Part shown: positions 1 through 13,880 of the stretch, one piece after another
Layout: each line of letters opens with the position of its first letter
Position numbering within the stretch: the first letter of the stretch is position 1
Assembly: GCF_009914755.1 (NCBI RefSeq)
Contig: NC_060932.1
DNA length: 64,000 bases
Origin: the human T2T-CHM13v2.0 reference genome, Homo sapiens
Direction: 5' to 3' (one strand)
Program-made: the position numbers and the translations under genes
Notes under the pieces: generated by a model
What the model saw: only the letters and a program-made list of their open reading frames with translations
Told to the model about the DNA's origin: nothing
Databases searched by the model: none

Positions 1-260
1 TTCCCCCATTGCAAATAGATAATTGTTCAATAGATTTGCTGCAGACTTTTGGACCTGATCTATAATTTTCCCTTGGGATATGTAAGATATTTGAGGTACA
101 CCAAAGTAATGCAAGAAATATCTTTCTTTAGAGCTAGAGTTTAGACAGGAAGTATGTCATAGAACTATGGTGTGTCCTTCCCAAGTGAGGGATTTCATTA
201 GACCTTGACTTAGAATTGAATGTAATGTTAATCTGTAAAGGCTTGTTGTGAGGGTTTTGC

Positions 261-299
261 TTAAATTTTTAGGTTTATTAAATTTTTAGGTTTATTAAA
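261..299. repeat. 17-bp tandem duplication (TTAAATTTTTAGGTTTA x2.3)
   Basis: Identical units at 261-277 and 278-294. Confidence 0.9.
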
Positions 300-1017
300 A
301 TTCCTAAATGATGATATTTTTATCAGCAAAGACAAAAATACTGCTACTTAAGTAGTAGTCACTAGAAAAATAATTTATTTTGTTTTGTTACCTTAACTGT
401 CAGATTTAAGCACATTCCTACCAATATTTGGGTTTGGGCTCTGAAACCCAAAACTTTTGAAAGCCTTGGAAAATTTTGTAGAAGTTCTTTCTTCTGTCTT
501 TTTTTTTTTTTTTTTTTTGTATACTATTGCCACTGGGATGCAAGCATTCATAAATTATGTTTAAATATAAAAATTAGGTCGGTAACTCTCTGCTCGTGGA
601 TTCCTGAAACACAATGTACAAAAACCCAGAATAGATCTTCGTGGCTCACTTTAGAGCGTAACAGCACTGGGAGGTGATCTGACTTTTCATTTTACACGCA
701 AGAAACTGAGGCTGGAGAGAAAGAAGGGTTGTCTGGGTCACAACTGTTGAGGTCAGCCTCTGGGATTGAACTTCATTTCCTGAATTCCTCATGGTTTTCC
801 ACCTCCATTCCTCAGCTTCTGTGATCCCTTTGGTATGGGGCTGTTTCTTGAACCTTGAATAGGAGGGTATGGAGGTGAAGTGACATGTGAGCTAATTCTT
901 TTACCTCACTCTGGTTTATCTATTTTTATGTACTAAGGTCCTGTGTATTAATTAATGAGATGAGTTCCACAGTTGCTAATATTAGAAAATCAACACAATT
1001 GATTTCTCCTTGGGAAC

Positions 1018-1629
1018 TGTATTAGTTTTCTATTGCTCCTGTAACAAATTACCACAAACTTTGAGGCTTAAAGCAACATGAGTTCATGAATTTATTATCT
1101 TAGAGTTTTAAATGTTAGAATTCTGTGAGGAGTGTCACTGGGCTAAAATTGAAGTGTTGGCAGGGCTGCAGGAGGCTCTAGGAGAGAAATCATTTTCTTG
1201 CCTTTTTCGGCTTCTAGAGGGGCTTCCCTTCCTCTTACTTCCAAGCCAACAACATGACATCTCTGAGTATTCCTCTTTAACTGCACCAAGGGAAGATAAT
1301 CTCCTTTTAAAGATTCACACCGTTAGATTGGGTGAACCTGGATAATATAGTCAGCCCTTCCTATGCATGAGTTTTGTAGCTGCTGATAAGGAGGTCATCT
1401 GTAAGCAACTTGAACATCTATGGATTTTGGTATCTGCAGGGGATCCTGGAGCCAATCCCCCACAGTTAGTGAGGAATGACCATATAGCATAATTTCCCCA
1501 TGTTAGTATCCTTAATCTCAAGGTCTCAATCATATCTGTGAAGTCCCTTTTGCTGTGTAAGGTAACATATTCACAGGTTCTGGGGATCAGGATTTAGGAT
1601 CTTTGGGAGCCATTATTCTGCCTGCTACA
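1018..1629 (-). mobile_element. MaLR solo LTR (MLT1C/D-like), interrupted by a MER2-like insert
   Basis: Begins TGTATTAGTTTTCTATTGCT..GTAACAAATTACCACAAACT and ends GTAACATATTCACAGGTTCT..CCATTATTCTGCCTGCTACA, typical MLT1 termini. Confidence 0.8.
1348..1482 (-). mobile_element. Internally deleted MER2/Tigger-type MITE nested in MLT1
   Basis: ACTTGAACATCTATGGATTTTGGTATCTGCAGGGGATCCTGGAGCCAATCCCCCAC matches the MER2 end; degenerate TIRs flanked by TA. Confidence 0.7.
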
Positions 1630-1754
1630 GGAATGAATTTGTTTCCACTTGTCTCAACTCTAAGTGGGCAGTTATTTAAAAACTTTGTATTAATTTAGAG
1701 AGCTTCATAAAATGCTAAAATTTTCTGAGAACCTAAGTGATAATATAAGAAGAA

Positions 1755-1998
1755 TAGCTACCAACATTTGTTGAGTACTTGCAATGTGACACACACTGAC
1801 TGCTATGTGCTTTAATTGCAATATCTTATCTAATCATTTTAGTAGCCTTATGAGATAAGTTCTATTTCATTTACATTTTAGAAAATGTAAAATGAGGCTT
1901 AGAGAATTTAAATAATTTGTCCAAGGTCAAACAACTAGCATATGGGAGACTAAGACTTGAAATTGGGTTTGTCTGACCCAGGCTTTTAATCAGCATAT
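1755..1998 (-). mobile_element. MIR SINE
   Basis: CATTTGTTGAGTACTT...GAGGCTTAGAGAATTTAAATAATTTGTCCAAGGTCA core. Confidence 0.75.
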
Positions 1999-2374
1999 TG
2001 CACTGTTTATATGTAGCTCTGAAGTGGTAAAATTGTAACATAGTGTAATGCAGTACTGAGAATATAATATCTTAGTAATTTTTAATAAATAAGTGTTTTA
2101 GTAAGGAAAATAAGTTGTTATTAGGAATAAACACTTTCTAAATGACATAGTACCCATTGAGCAGTGTTCAACTGATTAATATTAGTTGGTTATATACTGA
2201 TTTAGTGATCAGTTCTCAAAGCCTCAATTTAAATAGAAAAGGAGTTATGTGGAATTTAAGTGGAAAGGATATAGCTACTTTAACAATTTTTTGTGCTCTC
2301 AGATTGTAAAGAGGAAGGATTTATTTTACAAATAAATTGCTTGTGAAAGAAATTTAATTGGTTAATAAAGTCTC

Positions 2375-2510
2375 TATCTCTTGCCCCCTAACCAGAATGT
2401 CAACTCCAGGAGAACAAGGATCTTGGTTTTCATACTCAATTCTATATGTCCAGTACTTAAAACAGTGAGAGCAATGTAACTGATGCACAATGATATTTGT
2501 TGAATCAATG
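2375..2510 (+). mobile_element. L2 3' end fragment
   Basis: AGAATGTCAACTCCAGGAGAACAAGGAT...ATATTTGTTGAATCAATG resembles the L2 terminus. Confidence 0.55.
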
Positions 2511-3355
2511 GGTACTGACAAATTCCTAAGGGAATAAAGCCAGTTATCTACATGAATAAGGCAGGATCTAGATACTAGCTGCATGCCAGAAGAAGAATAT
2601 AGAGCGTTCTAATGTGTTTGGCTAGGAACAGACCATATCATGGGCTAATATGATAGAGTAATAAAGGTAGTGATAACCCTGATAAATTCAATATGTTTTT
2701 ACATAAATCCTGTGCATTAAACTAGTAGCTCACTTGATATGGAGTGTTTGAATCACAGATTGACTTTGCTCATTCGTTCTTCCATTCAGTCAACATTATT
2801 GAGCACTGTGCTAGTTATTAGGATAAAAGATGCATTAAAAGAATAAAGCCCCTAACTTCCAGGAGCCTCTGTCTCCTAAGTGAAACAAACATGTGTAAAG
2901 ATAAAATACCTTATATTAAATGGAATAATAATGGTTTTATAGAAACATGGAAGAGGGATACTTAACTTATTATTCAAAAGAGACACTTATTCGAAAGACA
3001 TAAATTGAGTTTAGTCATCTTGAGTTTTAGAAGAAATAATTTTTGATTTATGGAGGGATTGCAAATATAGGACAGAGAGTTCTCCTATACCCTTTATTCA
3101 GCTCGTTTAATAATACATAGCTTTGCTATATTGATCAAAACTAAGAAATTAACATTGGTACAATACTATTAGCTAAACTGCAGACCTTACTTGGATTGAA
3201 CCATCTTACAGCCTTTTGTGCTAAAGGGAAATTGTGTATGAAAGTGCTTTGTAAACAGTAGGCTAAATAGTGGTAGTCTAAGAAGTGCCATCTGGTGAGC
3301 CCAGGGTAGGTCACTGAGGGTGAAAGTTGCATTCTCTGAAGGGAGCTTTAAATAA

Positions 3356-3733
<378 letters not shown>

Positions 3734-6700
3734 TGAGCTCTCTATATTTTAGTTTCCTTTAATAACATGATCAGTTCCACCTATGAATTTAATTAATTCC
3801 TTATGAGTTTGCTATTAAAATAAAATGAGCGGTTATTGATGCTTATTGTGTGTGTGACAGTATCCTATTCAAAGTATGGGATACAGTTCTTTGATTCTCT
3901 CACTCCATCCTGTGGAAGGTAAACTTACCTTGCAGATGAGGATGAAGTTCACCTAGGTAATAGATGGACTTGGCCAAGCCATGAGACTTTAGGTGGGAAA
4001 ACTGGAATCAGAACCTGAGCCAACCTGACTTCAAAGCCCAAGTTTTTTCCTTTGTGTTGTCTCCTGAGTCATTTTCCTGTATAGCCCCGCTGAATAAGCA
4101 TTTTCCAAATTATATTTTGTATTGTGCAAAACTTCACTTCCTTTTTTATTCAAAGACTATGTATTTCATGCTTCAAGGTTTTCTGAGAACTGCAGTATTC
4201 TGCAAATTCTCAAAAAATGCTTTTGCTCTTTCTAAGATTTCATGACTTTAAAGAACAGTTACTTTCTTCCTGGCCTTCCTGGTGTCAGTCTGTATGATTC
4301 TATAATGTTTAGTGTATTCCTTTATATTGGCTGCCCTTTCCTTTGAGCATTTCGGTAACTTTTCTTGATAGTTTCCAGCTACTTTTTTTTTCTTTTTGTC
4401 TCTCAAGAATGACCAAAAGTATATGTAGTTTTTCAGATATTTGTCATGTAATTTCGTGCCATCTAGATTTATATAACCTAACATTTTCTGGCTTTTTCTT
4501 AGATATTTATAGATGGTGGTGGTTAAATCAGAGTTAATAATATTAATTTTTAAAATATGCAAAATGCTTTTATTGCTCTTTTTAATTAGGTTTTTACAAC
4601 TGTATTGAAATAGGTGTGGCAGGTGCTATTTCCCCTCCTTTTTCTGCTCAAGATGATTGAGATTCAGAGTAATTTTGTGACTGCTTCATCCTGCAGACCA
4701 AACAAGTACTTTACCTAAGTTTCCTGTCTCCATTCTTTTTGATAGGGTCTATCAAGCTTGTGGCAAAAGCTCAAGATGTTATGTGTAGAGTTCAGTAATT
4801 TAAATTCATGGACTTATAAACTATTAACAAAGAATCTAATTAACCTTCTTTCTAAGTAAAAACAAACAAAACAAAAGATACTTCTAGTAGAGTGCCAGTG
4901 TCTTTAGGGATTCATGGGGAATTAATTAAATTCATGGTTGGTACTGATCATGTTATTAAAGGAAATTAAAATCTAGAGAGCTCATGGTTAAATTGTTTAA
5001 AGCTCCCTTCAGATAATGCAGATTTCACCATCAATGCCCTACCCTGGGCTCACCCAGAAGGCATTTCTTAGACTACCACTATTTAGCCTACTGTTTACAA
5101 AGTACTTTCATACATGATCTCATTGTTCAGCACGAAAAAAGCTGTACACAAGTTGGTGCAATCCAAGTAAGGTCTCCAGTGTAGCTAATAGTAGGGTAAG
5201 GAAAACGATATGTTGACATGCTAAGTGAGCTTCATTTTGACTTCTTTCGTGTAACATGTTTGAGTCTTTGTGCTGAGAAAATTGTATTACATTCTGGGAG
5301 TCAGTGGGTTGTGTCAGAATGTGTGGGAAGCAGCTCACTTTCACTTTCAAAAGATTCTTTAAGGAATTTATGCTTTTTGTAAAATAGGGGAGACTATTTG
5401 GACTCTTTCTTATTGGGATTTCTTTTTGTGTGTTTTATGAGACCAAAGGGCACTGACTTCCATCATACAGTTTGACTTTGGAGGACAGTACGGGAAAGTG
5501 CAGCAGCCTTGTAGTTATAGTGGCCACAGAATGTAGTCACAGAATAATGTAGCACCAGGTTTCTTACTGTCAACAATCTGTTTAATTTGATTTTGGTTAT
5601 TTTCCACCTCTTCAGCAAATTCATGTCACTGGGAACCCTAAGATAAGGAATTTGCCTTCCCTGATCTTCCTGTGGGGTAGAAGTAAAATGATAAGAATTC
5701 AATCGTTAGGTTGTCCATGGACCTGCTTAAGAGTGCAAGGAGGTTTTAAAGGTCCTTAGAAAGTCAAATGTGGACCCTGCTGAAGAAGGGATGCAGCGTT
5801 GCTTACTTAAAACTGTAGTGAACAGAGAAGAGAGAAATTTAACTTTGATATTGTAGGCCTCAACGAGTAAAGAAGGCTTTCAATCCTGGCAGGTACTAAG
5901 GTTTTAGTATCATTCTCTTTAATAAGTCATCTGTGGACAAAAATGAAAAAATCAGAAAGCCATAATTACTAAGAAAGGAGATCTGACTAAATAACAAAGA
6001 AACAGATTTTAGAAGTCCTGAAAGGACACATTTGTTTCAGAATTAGCTCTGCTAAAATTTTTCTTTTTCACAGAAGGAATAAGCTTTAAATGGCTATGTG
6101 AAAAATAGATTATAGGGAACTAATGTTCTTAGATCATGAATCAGGGACTTTGTTCATTTATATGCACTGCTTAAAAGTTTTCACATAGTTATCATTGTTT
6201 AAAACTAATTATAATCAATTGCTAACTCATCTTACCTGGGAATTTATTTAGTTTAGAACATGTAAGTAAATTTCTTTAAATAAAAAAGAGAATTTTAGTG
6301 GCATGAATTAAATGTAATTCAACTTGAGCAAAGAAGAAATGGTTATAAAGACAAATATTAACATATCAAAATCATGTTAATGTGCTAACTTTACCTAAGC
6401 AATAAACACATCAGAACAGAAAAAAACTTGACAATAAGAAAATAAGTAAATATATTTTTAATTTTTAGTAACTAGATGTTTCTCAGTTTTTCTGTTTAAC
6501 ATTTTGGAAGTGAATATGGCTGGTATGTATAATGCATAAGAAAAAAATCCTGTTTTATGACAATGGAAAAAATCATATTTATAAGCTTATGTCATGTGAA
6601 CTTTGCTACACATCAATTAGGTAAAACTGTACTGGATCCATTTTAACCCTGTGAGTTGATTGCTTTCAGTGAAGCTTGCTGGACATCTTTATGTCCGAGA

Positions 6701-7217
6701 GTGAGATGTTCTTATAATTAGGGGCAGCTGTGGTGACAGAATCAATTAGGCAGGCCTGCTGAACACTTACCTTCCAGCTGCTGGCCGCGGCGCAGTGATT
6801 TGCTCCAGCATTCATTGTCACGGTGTATTGCCTTTACACCTCGAAAGAACAACATTAATCCATTAAGCCACTTTTGTTGCTGTATCCTCACGTGGGGGTT
6901 ATCACATTGCAGTGAACACAGGAGTGAGATACAGCACTGTTCACCCTTGTGGCATTTGGCATATGACAGATAGACAGCTGCATAGTTCAAAAGAATTATT
7001 TTAACACCAATCGCAAGTATTGCCTTGTTTTATTTCCCCATCAATTATCCAAGTAGCTCAGAAAATTCAGCAATTTTGCATATCTACTGTATTTCTCAGA
7101 CTGTCTTTTGCACGTGGAATAAGTGCAGAAATAATGTCATGTGGTGTATCCCAGGTTTTGTGAGGAAAATATGGACCCTATTGATAGATCATTAAATAAA
7201 ATCTTTAGCACATTGTC

Positions 7218-7468
7218 TGGTAGTTAAGAGCCAGGGCTCTGGAGTCAAACTTCCTGGGTTCAGATACTGACTTGATAGTATACCAGCCGTGTGACTATAG
7301 ACAGGTTACTTTACCTCTCTGTTTCTGTTTCTTCATCTGTAAGTTGGTGATAATGGCAGTAATACATATCTCCTGGAGTTATCATAAAACTTAAAAACGT
7401 TAATGAGCATAAAGCTCTTAGAACAATGCCTGGCACATAGTAGGTACTCAAGTATCAGCTATTATTAT
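7218..7468 (+). mobile_element. Near full-length MIR
   Basis: GTTAAGAGCCAGGGCTCTGGAGTCAAACTTCCTGGGTTC...CTTCATCTGTAA...TGCCTGGCACATAGTAGGTACTCAA. Confidence 0.88.
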
Positions 7469-7493
7469 TCAAAGGTGTTTATTGTTGAAAGTA

Positions 7494-7565
7494 CTATATA
7501 TATATATATATATATAATGTGTATATGTATACATTACATTCTACTATATATACTATATATAAATA
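7494..7565. repeat. (TA)n / AT-rich microsatellite
   Basis: TATATA run 7495-7516 and degenerate continuation. Confidence 0.85.
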
Positions 7566-8254
7566 TACTGTAAATAAAAAGGACTTTATTTAACTTCATC
7601 TCATAGGCTTTGGAAATACATTATAGTTGTTTTAAGATTTTTATCTTTAGTCCCTAACTGTGAAGTACAGGGCAAGGAACTGTATAGAAAAGAGAGATTG
7701 CTAATTTCAATAAATAACTAATTTCAATTATCAGGGTGAAAAATTATCTCACCTAATAAACCTGCATTCATTTTCCCTTGTAGAATTTTACAGTATTGTA
7801 AATTTCTCACAGACAAATGTGGAGAGGTGATTTGGTTTACATAGCTCATTATAAGAACAAAAAATTTACTGTAGTGGCTATGAAATGGAGTGATCTTTCC
7901 CAGATTTTTAATCTACTGTCCTTCTCTCCATTTTCTGCCTCCACTTCAAACTTTGTAGAAAAACTAGGTATGGTAAAAAGTCCTAGGTTTAAGTTTTGGT
8001 TCTGCAACTTGTTAGACTTACGACATTAAGTTCCCCTATCAGTTTCCATCTCCTCACCTGTAAATGGAAACAATCATTAGGTACCTTACATGAAATACAC
8101 ACCAGAACTGTTGCAGATGAAAGGAGATTTGACCAAATAGTAATTTTGCGGATATGTAGTGACAACAAGGCACATTAACAGTTAAGGGAGCAAACCAGCA
8201 TCTTGTAGACCATGGTCAATCAATGGAGAAGAGCAACTTTGACTTGAGGGCATA

Positions 8255-8558
8255 GGAGGTATGGTGGCTGACACTTATAATCCCAGCACTTTGGGAGGCT
8301 AGAGCAAGAGGATTCCTTGAAGAGGATTGCTTGAAGTGTTTGAGACCAGCCTGGGCAACATGAATCTCTGTATACAACAAAACAAAAAGCCCAGCGTGGT
8401 GGTGTGTGCCTGTGCCTGTGGTCCCAGCTATGTGAGAGGCTAAGGCAGGAGGATCACTTGAGCTTAAGATTCTGAGGCTGCAGTAAGCTGTGATCACATA
8501 ACACCACTGCATTCTAGCCTGGGTGACAGAGTGAGACTCTGCCGCCAAAAAAAAAAAA
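8255..8558 (+). mobile_element. AluJ
   Basis: Dimeric Alu with poly(A); small internal duplication GAGGATTCCTTGAA/GAGGATTGCTTGAA. Confidence 0.92.
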
Positions 8559-9239
8559 TTAAAGCAGAGAAGGTAATGTGCTTTTCTTGCAATAATACAA
8601 GAACCGTCTGACCACTCTGGGTAGACTCTGAAATTAGGTGAAATAAATGAGCTAGCAAGGAACATGACCAGGGTCTCGGCTGAGGCAGGGTCCAGTTTGA
8701 GAGTCCTCCAACAGTGATGGCCAGATAAGAGAAATACAGAACATGAAAACTTCAAAGTAAAGATAATACGACTTACTTGACAATTTTCCAGTTAGATTTA
8801 CATGTCATTTTTGTTAGTGTCTGATGGCAGAGCGGCATAAGAGTCCTAGCCCAGTGGCATGCAGAACACAAACAATGTCACAGGGCCTCACGATTCCAAA
8901 TAATAAAAAGTCATAGAGAAGATAGATGGGGCCTCTGGAATCATTTTGTACCTGGGTTTCTTCTTTGTCAGCATCTTCCAGATTCTTCCTCATCCTTTCA
9001 GCAGACACTTGAAGTCCTACTTTGGGTTAGGAGAGCCTGAGATCCTGTATATCTTCCATTCAATAAATTTAGAAATTTTGATGTTTAGGTATAGTATCAA
9101 TCCAAATGGACACATACACAGTCAGGAAATAGCCTAACCCTCCAAATAGAGACTGTGACCCCCTGCTATTAACTTGCTGACCCTTGTTTGATTTCGTAGG
9201 GATAAATTCCTTGAATGGCCCTCTGTTTGTACATGTGGG

Positions 9240-9247
9240 TTTTTTTG

Positions 9248-9278
<31 letters not shown>

Positions 9279-9554
9279 GAGACGGACTCTTGCCCTGTCA
9301 CCCAGGCTGGAGTGCAGTGGTGTGCCCACTGCAATCTCTGCCTCCCCAGTTCAAATGATTCTCGTGCCTCGGCCTCCCTAGTAACTGGGATTACAGATGT
9401 GTGCCACAATGCTTGGCTAATTTTTGTATTTTTAGTAGAGATGGCGTTTCACCATGTTGGTCAGGCTGGCCTTGAACTCTTGATCTCAAGTGATCCATCT
9501 GCCTCGGCCTCCCAAAGAGCTGGGATTGCAGGTATGAGCCACCAGCGCCCAGCC
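9240..9554 (-). mobile_element. AluS with (TTTTG)n tail
   Basis: Antisense full-length Alu; tail (TTTTG)n 9240-9278. Confidence 0.93.
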
Positions 9555-12500
9555 CTCTACATGTTTTTTAAGTGCAGTCAGTTGAGTATGGTTTTCAGAT
9601 GGAGAATCTGATTAATCATCTTCAATGGCCTTAGCATAAGCATTCTATTTAACTGAGCTGATTGTGGCTCATACCCTCAAATCAAATATCTTAAAGAATC
9701 ATACTGTTTCAGTCATCGTGTAGCAGTTAATTGTGAGAAGTGAAACTTGGAGGACATCCGTATGTAAAATCCCCCACCAAAGGAAACCAATATGTTTGGG
9801 AAATCAAAATGAAGCACTAGTAAGAAGCCAACTCTGGCTGTAGTGGCACCACTGTGATGAGTGTTAGCATAAAATGCTGAAATACTGCCCCCAATTTTAT
9901 TCTTTTATGTTGTATAATGAAACGTTCTATGCATGTTATGTGCTTGCAAAGAAATTATTCAGTAGTTCATATACACATCGTTGGATTACATAAGGAGTTG
10001 GACATGGAACTGCTAGAATGGAATTTCCAGAGTCCAGCCATCTTAACCCTACTTTGAAGCCTATTCCCAGTGTGTTTGCTGGTTGGATTTAGTTTGCTGC
10101 CAGTGGTAAAGAGAGTCAGCTTGAGAATATATTATAACAAAATACTGAATTTTATGGCAACTTTTATTTCAAATGAAGGTGCCATCCTCCTTCCTCAGTA
10201 GTCAGGGACAAATAGCAGCTCCATTCCAGCTCACAGGGAACCCTATTTAACTTGAATCAAGAACATTCTGTCTAAGCCTGATTCAGCTAGAGCACAGGGC
10301 GGGGTGAGCACAACATCACCACAGGTGGCAACAAATAATGATCTTGTTGGGCGATTCGGGATATAACCCAACATCACCCACTGCGTCAGTAGCAGGGCAT
10401 TAAAACCTAGCTGCATTCCGAAATACCATTACCACTAGAATGTGCTGCCTTTTACACAGCTATATTTACACATTTGATAAGACAAACTTTCCCTTTTATA
10501 GCCAAATTTGTGAGTGCAGCTCAGAAGAGAAGACCAGATGGAAGAGCACAAAGTTTATCCACTCTGTTGCAGGACTGTAATCAACTTCGTGAGATAGTAC
10601 AAGGAGAGAGAAATATGACTGGGGGAGTTTTGGAGACTCTCCATAGTAATTTATCTACTTCTAACATGACTATTAACAAAAGGACATCCTGCATAAAGGA
10701 CTGATTAATGGTATTCGTGTGGCTTTCATTAGCTAACATAATTGTCAGTCACCGGTTGTCACTGTGGGATCTGCACATATGTGATGGTGGGCTTTTTACA
10801 CATTTATGCAGGGAAGACTTAGCTGGGATCATAGCTGAAAGCTCATTGTTACTTGATAACATTTTGCAGGTTTCCTGTGTAATTTGTTCAATGTGTTGAG
10901 GCTCTTCAGATTAGCTGCACAAACGTGGAGAGTAAAGATATGAGCTAGCTTTGCATTGTCAGATCCTTCAGAGACCAGAAATAACAACTTACCTAGTGTC
11001 ACATGCCATCAGCATATCTCTGCAGCAGACACATGCTAAAATTTGTTTCCTGTTCTTAACAATACAGTACAATATTCGATATAGCTGCACGAATAATATT
11101 TGAAAAATAAGGGCACAGTAGATGATCAAAACAAGAGGATTGCTTAGATGAATGAGGTTGTTTTTTTGGAAATTTATTTTGCCCTTACCACAAGTATTTT
11201 TTCACCCATTAAATTATTAGAATAAATGAACATGTTGCATTGAGTTTTTGTGGTGGTCAGAATATGAAATATAAGTATTTTTGGATTACAACCACATTTT
11301 TCTTCCCTAAATTGTGTGACATAGCAAATAGGAAAAGCAGAACACAAAAGTAGACTTTGGAAGTATACTTTGCATACCTGCATGTTTTGAGTTAGAGTCA
11401 GAGGAGTATATTTGTGATCTTTTAAGATATTTGAAAACACTTAAAGCCTGTAAAGAGAAGTATTCAAAAGAAGCTCCTGTGAAATGTGTGGCATTGCTCT
11501 GAAAGCATTTGCATGTCTGTTTTAAAAGGCTGTTCTTTGCACTGGACTGTCTGCCTCTGTTGATGCATTTCTAAGGATGTGGATATGTTTATATTAATGT
11601 CAAGCAAGTTTGAAATAGATTTAGGCACAGACTGCTTAAAACTTGCTCTGTTATTAAATTGTTTCAGGGTGTGGAACTACCGCCTCTCTAGAAACACATA
11701 GAGAGCAAAATTATGAACTGCGGTAGACCAAATACAATTAAATCATGCTTAAGATTCTCGGAACACCTCCTGCATTTGAAGCATTAACTTAGCCTTGAGC
11801 TTGCCTTCAACTAATTTTTAATTAACAGAACTTTTATGCTTACATAAGACTTTCAAGACGAGTAAAAATTTTTTTGCACTTTTAAAATTCGAGTACTTAC
11901 TTAACAAGAATTGACCCTAAGTTTAGGAACTACCATTGGCCTTATAAAGTTATTCCTGGGTATTAGAAGATACTTGGTGAATAGGTTTTATTTCAGTGAA
12001 ATAAATGATATTGTTTCATGTGAGTAAACCATATGCCTGAGAAACACGTGTACATTGAAAATGAATTCTATTAACAGATAGCTATTTATATAATCTCTGA
12101 CAAAAAGAAAATTTACTCTGTTGAAAATTGACTCATTATGGATAGATGAAAAAAAATCATACAAACCACATGGGCTCAAATATTAGTTTGCACTTTTATA
12201 AGAATCTGTGAAATATTCAGGGCTATTCCAGTAGTCCTGGAAGACAAAAAGTTTGAAAAAATATCCATAAAGACAAAAAAAGGTTTAAAATTTTTGCCCT
12301 GTGTCCTTGATACTTGAATTTGAGCTCTGCCCTGAGTGAGCGAGAACCTTTGTATGGTCCTTGTCTAGAAGGTACCACTGACGGCAGAACATCCATAAGT
12401 CAAGGATGCAATTGTGCAGCTCTGTTGGTAGTACACAGATGTGTTTCTTCACTTACGCTATGGAGGATTTTGAGTTATCAACTTAAGAGAGCTGTTTTCT

Positions 12501-13109
12501 GAAAAGCTGGATATCCTCATGTCATAGAAGTTACCCCAGAAGGATGCAGCAGGGACATTATTACACCTGGACTTCTAGGGATGCAAAGTTAGAGTAGCCG
12601 TGAGCTTTTCCACATCTGATGATTTTGGAACTATGTGCAAGAGAGAGAAATTCAGGCTGGTCACTAGAGGTATCCTTGAACCGCAAACATCGAGAAATGT
12701 TCATACATCAGGGTCAGCTTAAGAGGGGATATTTTAGCTAAGAAGGACCTTGGATCTGAAGGTCTCTGCCTCATTGCATTGTAGATCATCTCGTAAGGCA
12801 AGGAATGTACCACTCTGCATATGGACCCCAAAAGGAAAGGAGAAGTGTTGACCTGCCCAATGAGTGATTGGTTTCCTTCCATCAAAAGACCATAGTGGGG
12901 TTGGGGCCCTGAAGTCACGATTGTGAGGATGAACCATGAGCATTTCAGTGCAATACCGCTTGCAGAATTTAAATGATTTAAATGAATGTAATGTTATTAT
13001 TAATTAAATTTAACTTATAAATTATTAACTCAAATATTTACAAGAATTTCTTTCATGAATGCAAATTAACCAAGAGTTTAAAAATACTTAATGACATGAA
13101 CATAAAGAA

Positions 13110-13304
13110 GAAACCTCCTTGAGAGCGGAGGGTGAGAAGAACGTGACGATTGAAAAACTGCCAGTTGGGTACTATGCTTATTACTTGGACGATGAAATCA
13201 TCTGTGCAGCAAACCCCTGCAACACTCAATTTACCCATATAAAAATCTGCACATGTACCCCCTGCACCTAATATAAAAGTTAAAAAGAAAAAAAAGAAAA
13301 AAGA
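13110..13304 (+). mobile_element. L1 3' end (older L1PA/L1PB)
   Basis: TTGGGTACTATGCTTATTACTTGG...CTGCACATGTACCCCCTGCACCTAATATAAAAGTT + A-rich tail. Confidence 0.85.
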
Positions 13305-13314
13305 ACAGACTAAT

Positions 13315-13346
13315 GCACACACGCACACACAGACACACATACACAC
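13315..13346. repeat. Imperfect (CA)n
   Basis: CACACACGCACACACAGACACACATACACAC. Confidence 0.85.
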
Positions 13347-13484
13347 GTGCGTATTTAATGAAGCCTAGGTCTTTTATCTAATGGCAGAAAGATCAGATGA
13401 GAAAGGCAGAAAATCAGAGACAGACCAAGGCTCCCGGTTTTTTTTTTTTTCCTCTGTATGTGTTAGCATGTATATGTGTAAATG

Positions 13485-13880
13485 TATTTCTGTTTGCTAA
13501 ACCATCTAAAGTTTAGTTGAAGACATCATGACATTTCACCCCTAAATGCTTAAGCAGATATTGTCTAAGAACAAGGAGATTCCTTTGCGTAACCACAATG
13601 CAGTGCTCCTGCTTGAGAAATTTAACTTTGATACAATATTTTTATTCAGATTTCCCCAGTAGTCCCAATAATATCCTATACAGCTCTTTTTCCCTTGGAG
13701 CAGGATCCAATCAGTAGCTCCACATTAGATTGACTTGCCATGTCTCTTTAATCTCCTTTAATCTAGATCACATTTACAGTCTTCTTTTGTTATTGATGAC
13801 ATTGATTTTAAAGCCTACTTCAGTTGTTTTATAGAATATCTCTCATTTTGAATTTGTCGTATTGTTTCCTCATGTTTGAA
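13485..13880 (-). mobile_element. Old L1 (L1MC-like) fragment
   Basis: GACATCATGACATTTCACCCCTAAAT..CTAAGAACAAGGA..TAACCACAAT..AAATTTAACTTTGATACAATA typical L1MC 3' UTR. Confidence 0.7.

Noticed and set aside
4248-4562. 104-aa Lys-rich minus-strand ORF
   Set aside because: Product of T-rich plus-strand composition; no domain recognised
8216-8755. Longest ORF (179 aa, minus strand)
   Set aside because: Core is antisense Alu translation (SHSVTQARMQW..., ASQSAGII); no independent coding evidence
10316-10332. CTCF-like CACCACAGGTGGCA
   Set aside because: 5' half is out of register with the CTCF core consensus
12300-12965. GC-richer unique stretch as a possible processed pseudogene or LTR
   Set aside because: No recognisable protein, poly(A)/TSD or LTR termini by eye; would need BLAST/Dfam
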